This document shows positions 34,688-48,225 of a stretch of DNA of 64,000 nucleotides, one piece after another (positions within the stretch are counted from its first letter, which is position 1; each line of letters opens with the position of its first letter). The DNA is from Strigamia acuminata (Eukaryota), in NCBI GenBank assembly GCA_949358305.1, contig OX442314.1, positions 6,324,001 through 6,388,000 of the forward strand, written 5' to 3'. Under the pieces are notes generated by a model that made no database searches, was not told where the DNA came from, and saw nothing but the letters and a program-made list of their open reading frames with translations. Both the position numbers and the translations under genes were made by a program.

Positions 34688-37600
34688 ATGGAGAATAATA
34701 ATTTGATGTGGAGATACAGAAGAGGGAAAAGACAACTTCGTCTGACAATTCACCGATTAATGAAGGATGATGGTAACAAACCCAACTGCGATATAATCGG
34801 ATTGGAAGATTTCGTAAACAGTAGGAAACGTTTGAAGACCAAACATCACATCCTTTGGCTGCTTTTATTCACATTTTGCATGTGCATGCTCACATATCAA
34901 ACATACGACAGAATAATGCATTACTTCAGTTATCCTACAGCAGTCGACGTAACGAGTAGATCAGAAAATGTTACTTTACCAGACTTAATGGTCTGTAGTG
35001 GAAGTACAAAGAAAATGGAGAGGCTTTTGGAAGAAACTCGTGTAGCAAATAAACAAAAATCAAAATCCATTTTCTGCTGTAACGTGCTTGATGACCTAAT
35101 GACAATTAAAAACCCAACTTACGATATGGATACACTTTGGAAAGCAACTAATAATACTGATGACATCGACAGTGTAAAAATGAAAGTAAAAATTAAAATT
35201 TAAAAAAAAAAACAACAAAGAAATTCAGTTAAAAATCACAATTTAAACTATATTTGCACAGGGATATTCAAATACTACTGTTGTTCAGACTGAAACTGAC
35301 AGTTCATTAGGAATATGCTCAACATTTCGATTTGGTAACTACAAACAAGCATTAATTATTACCTACATTGTTACACTAAGATTATTAATTGACATAGCTG
35401 AAGCTTCTAGCAAATCATTTGCAGGAAAATTACTGACAGTGAATTTTAAAAATAATTACGACTCGACATGCAAAGAGCCTTATTATTGGGTAACTTAATA
35501 AAATTACAATAGCAAATGCTACATTAATTTTTTCCTCTTTGCCCTTAGTTTTACCTGACATTCAATAATGTTGGAAATCACTTTTTTGTATCAGCGATGT
35601 GTCCTGGTTCAACATCTAAAATAAATTATAGTTGTAACAAAGTAAAGTTTTACGTAAAGACTTGAAATTCCTGATCAACACTTTTTAATGTTTTCAATTG
35701 TAGTTCATTTTGCAAAATTCACCGATCAGTCCGTGCTCTAACGAAGATGAATACAGAGAATGCTATCGGAATTGCTTACTTAACGAATTTAAAAAAGAAA
35801 AATGCAGGTAAGAACATGTGGAGAAAATGCTTCACAATTAAACAGCTAATTAAATATATTCTGTACAAGATTTCCGTTCATGAAGTTGGATTTGCCACTT
35901 TGCCAAATAGCAAATGATACAGCTCAGATGTATTCTCGTGTTTGTTCCTTGGTTAGGTTAAAAGAACCAATCACCAATTGCCAATGTCGACGTCCTTGTC
36001 AACAATTAACTTTTACACCACATACTGATTTAGGCATAGCTAATAATAATAAAATGATGAGTATAACATTAGCAATAACTAATGAGAAGGTCACTGTTTA
36101 TGAAGAACGGTACTTATATGACGTTATTGCCTTGCTATCAGATTTAGGAGGCAATCTTGGCCTGTTTCTTGGACTATCCGTAATCTCACTACCTCATATT
36201 ATTTGGTATTTATATTATGTTGCATCAACCATTCACCGAAAGAGATCCGTCAATAAGATTAGGCGTCTGTATGAAATGTGCAAAAAAAAAGTCGATGAGA
36301 CTGAAGAGCAAACCAAAATACATACAGTCTTAGAAAAGTTGAAGTTAATATTCGTATTAGTTGTTGCAGGATTTACTTTGTATTGCCTGCACATTCGTAT
36401 CAATTACTACCTCGATGAACCGGGCACAACAATCGTTCGAGTAAGTCAACGACGTTACACCGAATTTCCTTCTGTCACAGTTTGTGGTGAAAAAAGAAAT
36501 GAAGAAATGCGCGAAGCCCAATTACACTCACAACACAATAAAACTTGTGGCAACATATCACCCTGGCAATTGTTCAGCAGCAAATTGTCATTGCAAAACA
36601 TCTGGGAATCGCTTAGTATCGACAAAGCGATAGATGTTGACTGTGGGAATAATGATGTAACTATAATAAGTGATATTCATCAAACAAAAACCAAACAATA
36701 AAAGTTTTATGTTTACAGGTACCATCAATTAATTTTATTTCACTTCCATTTGGTAATTGTTCACAAATAAGGAATGGTAATTTACAAAATTAATTTCTGA
36801 TTTTAGTTAATTAATGGTTGTTTTTAAAATCTACTTTTGAATTCTGCGATTTTTCAATGTGTCTTTTTTTTCTGAAATTATTTAACTGTAAAATTTTTTT
36901 CCTGCAGACGAATTTGAAAATTAATTCTGACCTTTTCGCTGTCTTACAGATAAAACAAGCACAAAAACCACTCGGCTTCACATTATATTCATTAGTGATC
37001 TAATTCCTTTAGAATCTTGTGATCCGCAGATAAAGGTGTGTAAAAAAGGTATTTTCACTCGAAATCACCTGAAATTTTGCAACCAAAATGGAATGTTATA
37101 AATTGACAGTTTCAATGTCTTTTTAAGCAACATTCTTAAATAAGATAACGAGAAAGTCTATTCATTCATGCGCAATAAAACAAAAAAAGTTCTTAGGATA
37201 ATCCAAATCTAAAAAAGTTAGAAAAATGGTTCGTGTTCGTGTTTCGTGTGAATAGAAAAATATAAAAAATATTTTTTGTGCATAAGCTTACAGTATTGAT
37301 TATTAATATAAATATTTTGGATTATAATAACACGCAGCTAATCATAAATAATCAGGAAGAGGAAGTTAACATTTTGGCACCGTTGACCGTAAAAAATGCG
37401 GGTTTCTACTGGGTAGTACTTCGAGACTTTCAGGTAGAAAATGAAATAAATTATATAAATGCTCATACTAAGATTCCTTTTACGAAACAGATCTTACAAA
37501 GAAATACAAGGCGCGATCCATGTGAAGAGAACAAAAGTGCTTATCTCACTTGTAAAAATGCTTGCTGGCATAACAATGTATTTCGAGGTGTTAAGTGCAG

Positions 37601-40071
37601 GTATAGTTCACATTTTGTGACTGATATGGTCTTCGCCAGGTTAACTAGGGGACTAGTAGTCCTGGTGTGGGACGCATACTCATGAATAAATGACAAAAAC
37701 TCCCAATTATTGGTTGTTGGCCTTTAATATGTTGTCTAGTGGTATCCCGTCACCCGTTGCGGGGGTGCCACAAGGGCACACCACACCGGCAACCGACCCG
37801 TCACACACAGGGCGTAAGCCCCATGGATGACGTGGTCGGTTCAACATTACATTCATGTCGTACTCACCTACGACCCGCAGCAGCCACTCATGGAGGATGC
37901 ACTATTTTTGCTGTTCTAAACATCGACTGATCAGCCAAAACGCGATCAGTAATCAGTTGGCAGTGGGTCATTGCACTAGCATTAACGACACACAAATTTG
38001 CAAGCATGTTTTCATTCAAAGATTCATTTTAAAAACACCAGATTGAATCTGTGACGATTCTACTTTTTAGCTAATTTATTAACTAAATATAAAGAGATTT
38101 ATCGGTTTATACAAGACGTTGCTAAGACTAGCAACAACCTAACGGAGATAAGCTACGGAAGTCCTGTGAAATGTGAATACGCGAATGAACAGAAATAACT
38201 TACGGTTTTGTGTGTGACGTAACATGTTTATTACTCATAATAACAATTGGTTGAGGGTTCTGAGCGCGTGTAAACGGGCGGCATCAACTGGTTGAGGATC
38301 CGGGCGAAACCAGAGGGGTACGGCTGACTTTACGGCATCGTCACAACGATCGTTACGGAGGCGTAGAGGGTCCCGCAACGGCTAGATAATGTGAAGAGTC
38401 CTTCACATTGGATGGGAATATTCTTTAGAATATTCCTCATTTTAGTAAATATAAAATAGTCATTACAACATAACAATTCATTGTTATGTAATTATTTGGG
38501 CGAGGGCAGTCACGGCAATTGAGAGAATTGTCGCGGGAGTTGTTGAGGCTCCATCCGCCAGCATGCCTTACGACGACAAGATCTCGTGATCAGGCGCCGA
38601 GTATTTGTTTGTAAACAACAAGGCGCTATCGGTGGTACCAACCACCCGGTAAACATATCCTGCGTTTAAACAGTTGGGATTACCAATACCCAAGTAGTTG
38701 TTTAACGTAATGTTATCACATTACTCACGGGCTACTATCCCGGCGTGTGTACCTGTAAATACGCTCTTTACCGACCACTACATTGCGGAAGGACCTATGT
38801 TAAGCAATTCGCCCTGAGATGACATTTGTCCGTGTTTGTTTCGTGCTCGGGTGGGACCTCCCGCGCACATGCTCTTGGCAGAGCATCTGACCTTTGTCCG
38901 GGGAATCGCTCAGATAGATGCGACTATCACCGTTCACATAGTTTGATATTTATTTAACGGGTTAATCAATTCCGTGCATGAGCAATATTCTATGCCACCG
39001 TACGAAATCCTACTGCTCCTTAGAACAGCTGGCTAACGCTACGGGGCCATTTCATGTTGTTAACATGTCTACAAGGTTAGCCTTCCCAGATGGGCCCTAC
39101 AACAAGCAATAACGTGATAGTAATTATACATATCCATTGAGAGCTGAGGAGGCCTGATGTGTCGATAGAGAAAGTGAGATCAAACGATAACAACAATTCA
39201 ACTACAGACAATATAGACATATTCAGTTTTCAGGCAAGGCTCGGCTGGGTGGAAAAACCAGAGCCTATATAGTTCTGTAGAACAATCAGATTGGCGACAG
39301 CCAATCGGGTGGCAGAATCGATGGATTCGTAGGTCACTAGTCCAAACCTAATATAAGACTGTGTCCAGAAGGGTCCGGTTGGTCCCCTTCGTAAGGTAAG
39401 TAAATACTATATTGATTCTATCAAATCAATATATTCTAGGTAAATAATACTTAGTTAAGTTGAATAAAATATTTATATTTTATTCTTCTTCTCAAAGTGA
39501 TGATTTTATCACAACTTATAACTTTCTCGAGTTTGAACTACGCGCGTTATTTAAACAGCGCCATCAAGTGTGAACATTGGGAATTACGGGTTTATAACCG
39601 TCACAAATCTGTTCGAAAAACACCTAAACCCTTTTCAGCAGATAAACTGCCACCATTTGCATCTTTGACCAATCTCCTCTTTGTTTCAGATTACCGTACA
39701 TGGGAAAACCTAATTTGCCAGTTTGTAACACTACAAGTGCCGTAACTACTGCTCATTTCACGTATTTAAGCAACCTTGGCTCGAATCAAAAACAATGCAA
39801 ATGTAAACAACCTTGCAAACGTATTTTTTACAAAAGTACTTTTCGGGAGAATAACTTACCAGAAAATCACGTAACTGTGCTAAGCTTAGCATTCCAATTT
39901 GCTGATAGCTTTGTAGAGATTGTAGCAGAGAAACAAGCATATCCGATATCTCAATTCGTAAGCGATTTCGGTAGCATTGTAGGACTGGGTTTGGGAATGT
40001 CACTTCTCTCTTTGTACGATTGGATTTTAAAAACTTATAATTGGTATCGGAATCAAGATAGGAGTTGTTGA
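34688..40071 (+). CDS. Tandem two-subunit DEG/ENaC (pickpocket-like) channel, paralog 2, about 792 aa
   Basis: Exons 34688-35185, 35262-35334, 35398-35489, 35549-35641, 35704-35807, 35870-36656, 36719-36776, 36950-37035, 37338-37433, 37491-37600, 39690-40071 (2379 nt, no internal stop); internal exon lengths match paralog 1 except exon 6 (6 nt shorter). Confidence 0.9.
37616..37900 (-). mobile_element. LTR-like fragment (family C) in intron 10 of paralog 2
   Basis: Begins TGTGACTG; similar to 16110-16400; absent from paralog 1 intron 10. Confidence 0.55.
38050..39605 (-). mobile_element. Solo LTR related to the gypsy LTR at 3508-5261, in intron 10 of paralog 2
   Basis: TGTGACG...CGTCACA termini, 4-bp TSD AATC; the empty site GATTGAATCTGTTC is present in paralog 1 at about 17240. 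Confidence 0.93.
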
Positions 40072-41106
40072 TTTACACTCAAATAAGTGCAAATAAAATA
40101 TTACTAACATTAGCTAAGCACATATAAGAATATTTAAAATTTCGTTTGTCACAGATTAAAAAATAAATGTACCGGTATATTTAATCATCACGAATTGTTA
40201 GTTCAACATGCACCAGCAAAAATCATTATTGTCAAATTCAGAGTCTGTCTCCAAGTCAGCACCCAGTGCGATTTTTTTGTGTGTCCTTCTAACTCCCTAC
40301 GAACTTTATACATCGTATTTATAAATGAATTAAAAACGCGTTTGAGACGTCGTATATTTGTTAGAATGCACAAAAAACTAAAACTATTTCCGTTCTCAAT
40401 TTTATAATTATTTGGGTAACTTGTGTAAGTTTCTACTTTTACCTATTGATCTAACTCATTTCAAATTATTCAGCAAAAATTGTTGTTATGACTAAATTAG
40501 AATGTACACTGCAGCTTTTAGAAGGAAAAATAAAAAATAATTCATAAACATTAATAGGTTCATTCAACCATATTTGCCGTCCCTCAATCAAATTCTTCAC
40601 CAAAACTTCTAACACCATAAATTACAGATCTAGTAAAATTGTTGGAGAAAAAAAATGAACTGACCAAATCAAATTTTGATACAGTTATTACAACATCTCG
40701 TGATTGACAGGTTTCTCTATACTGCAAATTTGTGTTGACAGTGCCACACCTTAGCACCCGAACCTCGAAAAGTTTTCTTTTTTTCAAATTGACCCTAAAG
40801 TGATTAATAATCTGTTTCCTTCCTACTAAAATGAGCTCATGGGTGCTCAAAATGTGCAGTTCAAGATACAGAAATCACGGCAAAAGCGTACACAGTCTCC
40901 AATTAATTTCCAAGTGCCTTTTCACACAAAGCAGGTAAAAAATTTATAATATATTGATATTGCTCTGTTAAAAAGCGATACAACCGGTAGTTTTAATCTT
41001 ACAAGGCCCCTTTAGTCCGCGTTAAATTTGTAATTGTATAACATCCAACAAATAAATGATGTTATTTATGGCTTGTCCAGTTTATTTCAGTACTTTAACG
41101 AAAGTT

Positions 41107-41120
41107 CCACCAGGGGGCGC
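41107..41120 (+). promoter_or_regulatory. Candidate CTCF site
   Basis: CCACCAGGGGGCGC matches the bilaterian CTCF core consensus, in AT-rich intergenic DNA. Confidence 0.55.
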
Positions 41121-41834
41121 CCCTAACAGGGCATCCGGTCCCTGTCTAACCAGTCTAATTTTTACCGACCACAGGTCAGCACGTCTTTTTGCATATTCGT
41201 CCCCTGGCGGATATGGCCATTGTCACAATGCTACACCACTTTTGCATTTTTGAAGATTATAATGCAGAGGACTTACTATGTATCAACAGACTATTTATTT
41301 ATTTATTTAAAACACTCCAGTGGAGTAAAAATATAAGAAAGTTCAAAAGTTTTTTGTTCGTTAAGTCTAAATTTGTGGATGCCCCTGTGCAAGTGCAACA
41401 TGGATTTGAGCTTTTTGCCTGTTTTTATTTTATATTTTTCATTCATTAACAATTAAAAATATAAAATTCAAGTTTACTTTTGGTGTTTTGACAGAGGGCA
41501 CAATTGCAAGCTCTCTGTTTCACTATACATGGTACAGTTCTATTCAAAACCAAATGTAAAATTTTATTTTCGCAATTTTTATACTGTACTACATTTTGAA
41601 CTGAACATCTGTTATGACATAAGAATTTTCAATTTTTTTTAAAGTTCCCTGAAAGTAAACACACATTTATGTCAACATCACTATTTTTCCTCTAATTTAA
41701 TAAGTTGTCTCCTTGAATATCACTTGATGTGCCATTCTTCTGCACCTGTGTCAAGGTGTCAAGTTTAAAAGGAACTTGAGAGCACTGAAACACTTTCCAC
41801 CAGTACAACACCGACATCATTTTTGGACTCCGCT

Positions 41835-42479
41835 ATGAAGTACCTCGCAGCAATTTCTCTGTTTCTTGGTATGTTTTTTTCAACAAATCTTCTGTACAAT
41901 ATAACCAACTTCCTACCATTCCAGCCCTATCCCTTGCATGGGGAAAACTTAAAGTTATGGAGCGGAACTTGTACAACTTCCAGGATATGGTTTCAAAGGT
42001 AACCAACCGAAGTGCTTTGGATTACAATAACTATGGGAATTGGTGTGGCAAAGGTGGTAAAAATGAACCGGTTGACGATGTTGACAGGTAAAAAAACTAA
42101 AAAAAAATGCAGAAAAATAGAGACTATCAAAGTTGGTTTCTGATTTCTCCCACAAATTTCCTGATTCTATTATTTAGTTGTTGTCGAGATCACGACAAGT
42201 GTTACTATAGAGTAAACCGCGCAGAGTGCGCTCATATGTTTCTAACGGGTGTCTATCTAGTACCATACACATGGACCTTTGAAAATGGGGTGGTCCATTG
42301 TTGTAAGTACATAAAATATGACAATTTCTATTTTGTTTAAACAATTTTTTTTTTGGATTTTTTTAGCATCCGATCAATCCAAATGTGCCGAAGTGCTGTG
42401 CCACTGCGACAAAACCTGTGTGGAATGTTTTGCGCGAAGCGAGTACCACAAAGAGAATAAACGAGGCTGGCTCTGGTAA
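41835..42479 (+). CDS. Secreted phospholipase A2 (group I/II/X-like fold), gene 1
   Basis: Exons 41835-41868, 41925-42087, 42178-42302, 42367-42479; signal peptide, Ca-loop YGNWCGKGG, PVDDVDSCCRDHDKCY, LCHCD. Confidence 0.92.
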
Positions 42480-42598
42480 GAATAGTAAGCACTTCTAGCC
42501 AATGCCAATCAATTTAGATTTCCTGATACCATGTCCATTGCTGAGACTTAGGACGATTAAGCGCAAGACTTCCCATCCGCCGTTTTTTCTGAATCTAA

Positions 42599-43625
42599 CA
42601 AGGGGAGAGCACCAATAAGCTATCACAGATTGTTATAATATTAAACAAGAAGGATTGTTATATCATGCTGAATGAGACCCTAAAATAATTTTATTCCATA
42701 GACAGCCAACAATGCAAACAATGAGCTCAAAGTTGGCACTATTTTGTCTGTGTATACATCAAATCTGAGCAATCAGGCCTAGTGTATGAATACTGTAAAC
42801 AACAGTTGCTAGGTAAAAAATAGTCCCAAGATCCAAGTTCAATTTTATCATTTGAGATTCAATGATGTCATTTCCTCTTTTGATATCACATGACATATGA
42901 CATCAGAACTTTGTTCAACAACATGACTGTCTTCATGAAGACAATAATAGTTTGTAGTGGTGGTCCAGTGGTTCAGGCAATGGACTAGGAATCTTTCCAC
43001 ACAGGTTCAAATCCTGGTGTGTGTGAAAATTTTTTACTTTTATTTTTTAATTTTTTTTAGCAGTAATTTTAATGTTTGTAATTTTATGTTTGTTAAAAAA
43101 TTAAAATTAATTAATTAAAGTTTTCTAAAAACAAACATAAAATTACAAACATTAAAATTACTGCTAAAAAAAAATAAAAAATAAAAGTAAAAAATTTTCA
43201 CACACACCAGGATTTGAACCTGTGTGGAAAGATTCCTAGTCCATTGCCTGAACCACTGGACCACCACTACAAACTATTATTGTCTTCATGAAGACAGTCA
43301 TGTTGTTGAACAAAGTTCTGATGTCATATGTCATGTGATATCAAAAGAGGAAATGACATCATTGAATCTCAAATGATAAAATTGAACTTGGATCTTGGGA
43401 CTATTTTTTACCTAGCAACTGTTGTTTACAGTATTCATACACTAGGCCTGATTGCTCAGATTTGATGTATACACAGACAAAATAGTGCCAACTTTGAGCT
43501 CATTGTTTGCATTGTTGGCTGTCTATGGAATAAAATTATTTTAGGGTCTCATTCAGCATGATATAACAATCCTTCTTGTTTAATATTATAACAATCTGTG
43601 ATAGCTTATTGGTGCTCTCCCCTTG
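42599..43625. mobile_element. 1-kb palindromic (foldback/MITE-like) element
   Basis: About 495-bp near-perfect inverted arms (CAAGGGGAGAGC...GCTCTCCCCTTG) with an AT-rich spacer of about 35 bp; flanked by TAA on both sides. Confidence 0.85.
42954..43035 (+). ncRNA. tRNA-derived Pol III-like unit (mirror copy on minus strand about 43189-43270)
   Basis: A box TGGTCCAGTGG, B box GGTTCAAATCC, degenerate anticodon arm (AGG), followed by T6; acceptor stem does not pair. Confidence 0.6.
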
Positions 43626-44282
43626 TAAGTTGCCTCACACCAATGTGAAGTAGGCAAAGTCGGGTCATTTCATCGAATCCCGTTTCATCGAATCCCGTTT
43701 CGGTTACCTAAATATGATGACATTCTTTTTTCTTGTCTCCTAAGAATGCCTACATTTATATTTAACATTGGAATAAAAATATCACCTAAAAATAACATAA
43801 AAAAATTTCAGATATTATTTTTAACTTCTAACATTAAAAATAAATGTACACTTTATTATGTTAGCCAAAAATGTAAATGCGAGATGTCAGTTGTCCACCA
43901 TTTGTCCGCAAATAACGTCATTTTGTGAGTTTTCGGCCGTAGATGGCACCACAATCACGAAACAAATTCTCTCCAAATTCTATTCTCTAGTGGATAGTGT
44001 AGTGTTTATTAGTTTATTTAGAAGAATGAATACTAACGGGATTTTTTTATAATGACAATAATTTGTTTCTGTTATTTTACTAGGGACGCACTTAGATTAG
44101 TTGGCGTCGTATAACCAAATAAGGCCGCCTAATTTTAGCAAGCTGACGAAATCCAGGCCATCTCAAGTACTATTTGATGTAATTCTATAATATATACCTG
44201 TGATTAAAAACAAAGATAAAAAAAAGATTTATGATGTTGAAAATTAATTTAACAATATATCAATTTAAACGGAACAAGTTCA

Positions 44283-44713
44283 GCTAGGTTCACACTTGAC
44301 GCAAATCAAGAAAACTGAAGCAACACAAGCTGTTTACGTCCAGAAATTCTTGACATTGACGTGCCAATTCCTGCTTCAACTCCTGCTTCAACTCCAAGTT
44401 GGCGTAAGCGATGCAACGCAAGGAAAGGTCTTGCGGCCAACCAATCACGGTCGACTCCAACTCTCGTGTAATTCACGTCAGGTTGGTGAGACTTTGCCAC
44501 ATGGAAACAAGCCGCCATTTTCGGATTCTGGAACTTGTTCTAGAACTAGATCCAATTCCAGGTTTCATTGAAACCATCTGATGGGCCAGACAAAACATCA
44601 ACTGTTTCAGCTGTTCACACGTGCCCTACAGTGTGAGCCAGCTCTGCATTGTGTTTGACTAATTTTTCCTTGCGTTGCGTCACCCCTAGTGTGAACACAA
44701 GTGTGAACCTAGC
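44283..44713. mobile_element. PIF/Harbinger-like MITE
   Basis: TIR GCTAGGTTCACACTTG...CAAGTGTGAACCTAGC, flanked by TCA/TTA. Confidence 0.7.
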
Positions 44714-45453
44714 TTAAATCACTAAGCAGCATAGGTCTGCTGGAAATATCAGCAGTTGTCAACTCAGTCATATTTGTTGTTAATTGTTAGAAAAAATTGC
44801 CATCGATCGAGTTAGATTTGAAGAAGTTTAATCGCACATGATACCGTGCGAACTGCACACGTTATCGACACGTAACCGGAAGTCAGGTTGCCGTTACAAG
44901 TTCCACGAGATTACAGGAACACTCCCACTGGCGGTGGAGACCCTCAGACGGGATTTGCATGTAACACTTGGCCAGGTGACACAAAATAACAACAATATTG
45001 GTGATAAACATCAGTCTGTGACGATGTTGAATTGGTATCAATCCAATTGAGGAGCGATAGAAACTAGGCTTTGACCGATACCATAATTATCCAATATTAG
45101 CCGATACCCATATTGGCCTCCTAAATATCGACCGATATTGATACTGATACAGACATTATTGTACAATTAATTTTTATAATAAAACAGGTTTGTAAACAGT
45201 TTGTATTTGCTAAAATTAACTGTTTTTATTTATTCAAGTAAATTACCAAGAAAAATTATTTAATAAAAAATTTTTTTTTTATTCTCATGATGAACCGAAG
45301 CGATTAATTTGTTCCAAAATAAGATAACAGATAATTCCTTGTTCAAATATATTTTTGCCGTTAACAGATTAAAATTGATAATTTCAGTAATAAAAACTTG
45401 ATAACTCCAAACAACTGAAGTATTTTACCTTAATTCAACAACTCTAAATAATA

Positions 45454-46874
45454 ATGGGAAATAATATTAAATCCATTGCAAAAGCGGAGACATTTCTGCT
45501 TGATTATTCCGACCGAAGAGATCTCGTGGGCTGTCAGGTACACTAAGAAACCCAATGTTCCCTACAACCAGTTACACCCATTGGGTTAACATGGAGATGA
45601 GAACTCAACTCCAAAATTTTTAGTCTTTATAATTACTATTTACAAATTGTTTTCAGTGGCCTCTAGGGTTTGCGCCATGGCTTGCATACCGATCAATAAC
45701 AGCGCTGTACTTGGTGATCCTGTTAGTTGTTGCCTTCGTCAACAAATTCATGCGTTACCAATGGAAATTCTTCACCTTTCTCACACATTGGGGTTTCCTC
45801 ATGTTTGTACTTAACCACATCCTCAAATGGATCTGCTTAATCAAGTACAAAAAATGGTTTACACCGTGTAAACACAAAGGTAATGTCTAGAGACCAGATA
45901 AATGCATAAACGCATAAGAAAATATTATTTTGCATAAATAACCAAAATTGGTGATGATGATTAGACCCCGGATCTTTATGCAAAATAAAATTCGTTTTAT
46001 GCGCATAAAATATGCACCATAAATTCCATTTTATGCAAATTAAAAATAAAAATATGCGAAATAAAAAAAATTAATCGAGTGAAATCAGTGCTAAATAACA
46101 ACTTCATGCCATTTCAAAATGTTCTTGATGTAAATGAATTGTAATTAGTAATTACCAATCCGGGCCCTACATGTCCAACATAAACTGTTTACGTAGTTGT
46201 CACAAGTGTTTATTCTGTAGTCACCGTTTCATGTTGGCATGTAAATACAAAAAGCTGGAAAATTGACATTTTCTTGTTGAATTGCAGATTTACCTGATGA
46301 AGAAAAACCATTATTGTTTCACCAACAATCTTGGCTCCCAAACCATGAGAAAAATCATAGTCTTCTGTCTTTCTCCTGGGCAGTTGCCAACATAGCCAAT
46401 GTATTTGCTACACTCATCACTATCAACTACTGGCCTGGTGGAACTGGTAAAACCAATCAACCTTTTCTCTCTGGCTTTTTAAACATTTGTTTTTTTTTTC
46501 AATTTTCTTTAGTGGTTTCTTTTGCAAATCTGCCAGACATTCTAAACTTCCAACTGCATGGCATAAATGCAATAATGGCACTTCTGGATTTAATGCTTGT
46601 GGCTCAACCAACACTTCTCCTTCATTTCTATCAGCCAATCCTATTCCTTTGCTGTTATTACTCCTTCACTGCATTTTATTATGTTGCAGGTGGGACCAGT
46701 AAATCTGGAACAAGAGCAATCTATTCCTTTTTGGATTGGGACAACTCACAACAGACCATTTTGAATTTACTTATGATAGGGCTGGAACTGCTTATCATTC
46801 ACATTGCAATGTGGTTACTTGCCGTGTTAAGAAACATCATTGCAGGTTTGATGCGCAATAAACAGCCACTTTGA
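45454..46874 (+). CDS. Rolling-stone-like multi-pass membrane protein, paralog 1
   Basis: Exons 45454-45537, 45657-45879, 46288-46446, 46513-46874; motifs CQW...YR, KFFTFLTHWG, HGIN...LDL...P.LLLHFYQP, YYVAGGT...IYSFLDW. Confidence 0.8.
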
Positions 46875-46976
46875 CGTGTTGTGTCTAAATGGACATGTCA
46901 TGAGCATCCATAAAAGACATTTCATGGACACCACTGATACATTGAGACGATTACGCAATCCAGTGAATGGGTTTAA

Positions 46977-47351
46977 AGGTAGAAACACAGAGAAGCGAGT
47001 AAAATTTAAAAGTTTGCTTTTACTTGAAAAAGTGGCTAAAAACTCGCCCGTTTGAGCAAACACAAGCTTACGTTTTGATTCCAAGCTTTGTTTTGAAGCG
47101 AGCTTGAACTCACCCGCTTCGAGCTTGCTGGTGTTTTGGTCGTCTGACTTTGACAGCCAATCACGATCGTGAGGAAATTCTTGGAGGACATTTTGGCGGG
47201 AATTTCTAGCTAGCTATCTAGCTAGCTTAAGTTTGCTAGTTAAGCTGATACTGTAAGTCAAAAGTGGGTCAAGTGAGCTTGTAAATGACTCCCTCTTTAG
47301 ACTTGTACTAACAAGCTTTGGAATTTTACCTGCTCCCTTGTGTTTCTACCT
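46977..47351. mobile_element. Kolobok-like MITE
   Basis: TTAA|AGGTAGAAACACA...TGTGTTTCTACCT|TAAA. Confidence 0.65.
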
Positions 47352-48225
47352 TAAAGCCCTAGTTCTTAACCTTTGTACATCCCGCTTTACTTTTAAAATC
47401 TGTACTCGTACCCCTTACAAAAAGAAAATTTTTTTTTGAACTAATTTCTTACTGGTGTTACTTAACCACTAATATATTAAACATTTTTCTGAAGTAATCT
47501 CGCACTCCCAGAGTGCTGGTCTGAAGTCTGTTTAAAAAAAAACTTGGCTATTGACCCGTCCACAGCCATTGCATCGTCATTACAAATGCACAATCAAAAA
47601 ATAGTTCTAAAATTTCACATATCCACCACAAGAGGACGTTAATAGAAAATAACAAGCCTTCTTTTTCAAACCAGTCTTGACCGGTTAGTCCTATATGGCT
47701 ACAATTTTAATTAGTTAGGTTTATTTTTTATTTTAATGTGTATTTTGTGCCTACTTACATTTATAATCAGTTAATTAATGAATATTAGTTGTCATCTTGA
47801 ACTTGAGCTCTTTTATTCATTATTTACGATTACATAATCGCTTTTTTATATCCTTGAGCTGGTGATATGTCCACCAATGAGAGTTTGAACCAATGTATCT
47901 ATTTTTATACTGTTGATTAAAAACTAAAGTTGAAAACTACTAAAAAATGCATTTCCATAAAACACGCGAAAACACACATTTAGTAATTAGCAAAATGAGC
48001 AGCAGATGACTAGACGAATAAACTCCGAAGGCCAGGGGTGATATAATTTTGTTACTGTTTGCACTTTGATGTCCAATTATTATTTCTGTGAAATTAAAGC
48101 TGATAGGAAAAAATCTAATCCAACGAGATAGAAATATTGTTTTAATCAAAAGATAAAAACTGATAATTCCAGTGACAAATAACAGATAACTCCAAGCACA
48201 AAAAATACACACGGTTAAATTAAAA

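Noticed and set aside
42954..43025. Functional tRNA-Pro(AGG) gene
   Set aside because: Acceptor stem does not pair and the anticodon stem is mismatched; treated as tRNA-derived.
46447..46512. Continuous 186-aa ORF suggesting no intron in rolling-stone-like paralog 1
   Set aside because: A 66-nt in-frame GT-AG segment matches an intron that contains a stop in paralog 2, so it is called as an intron.
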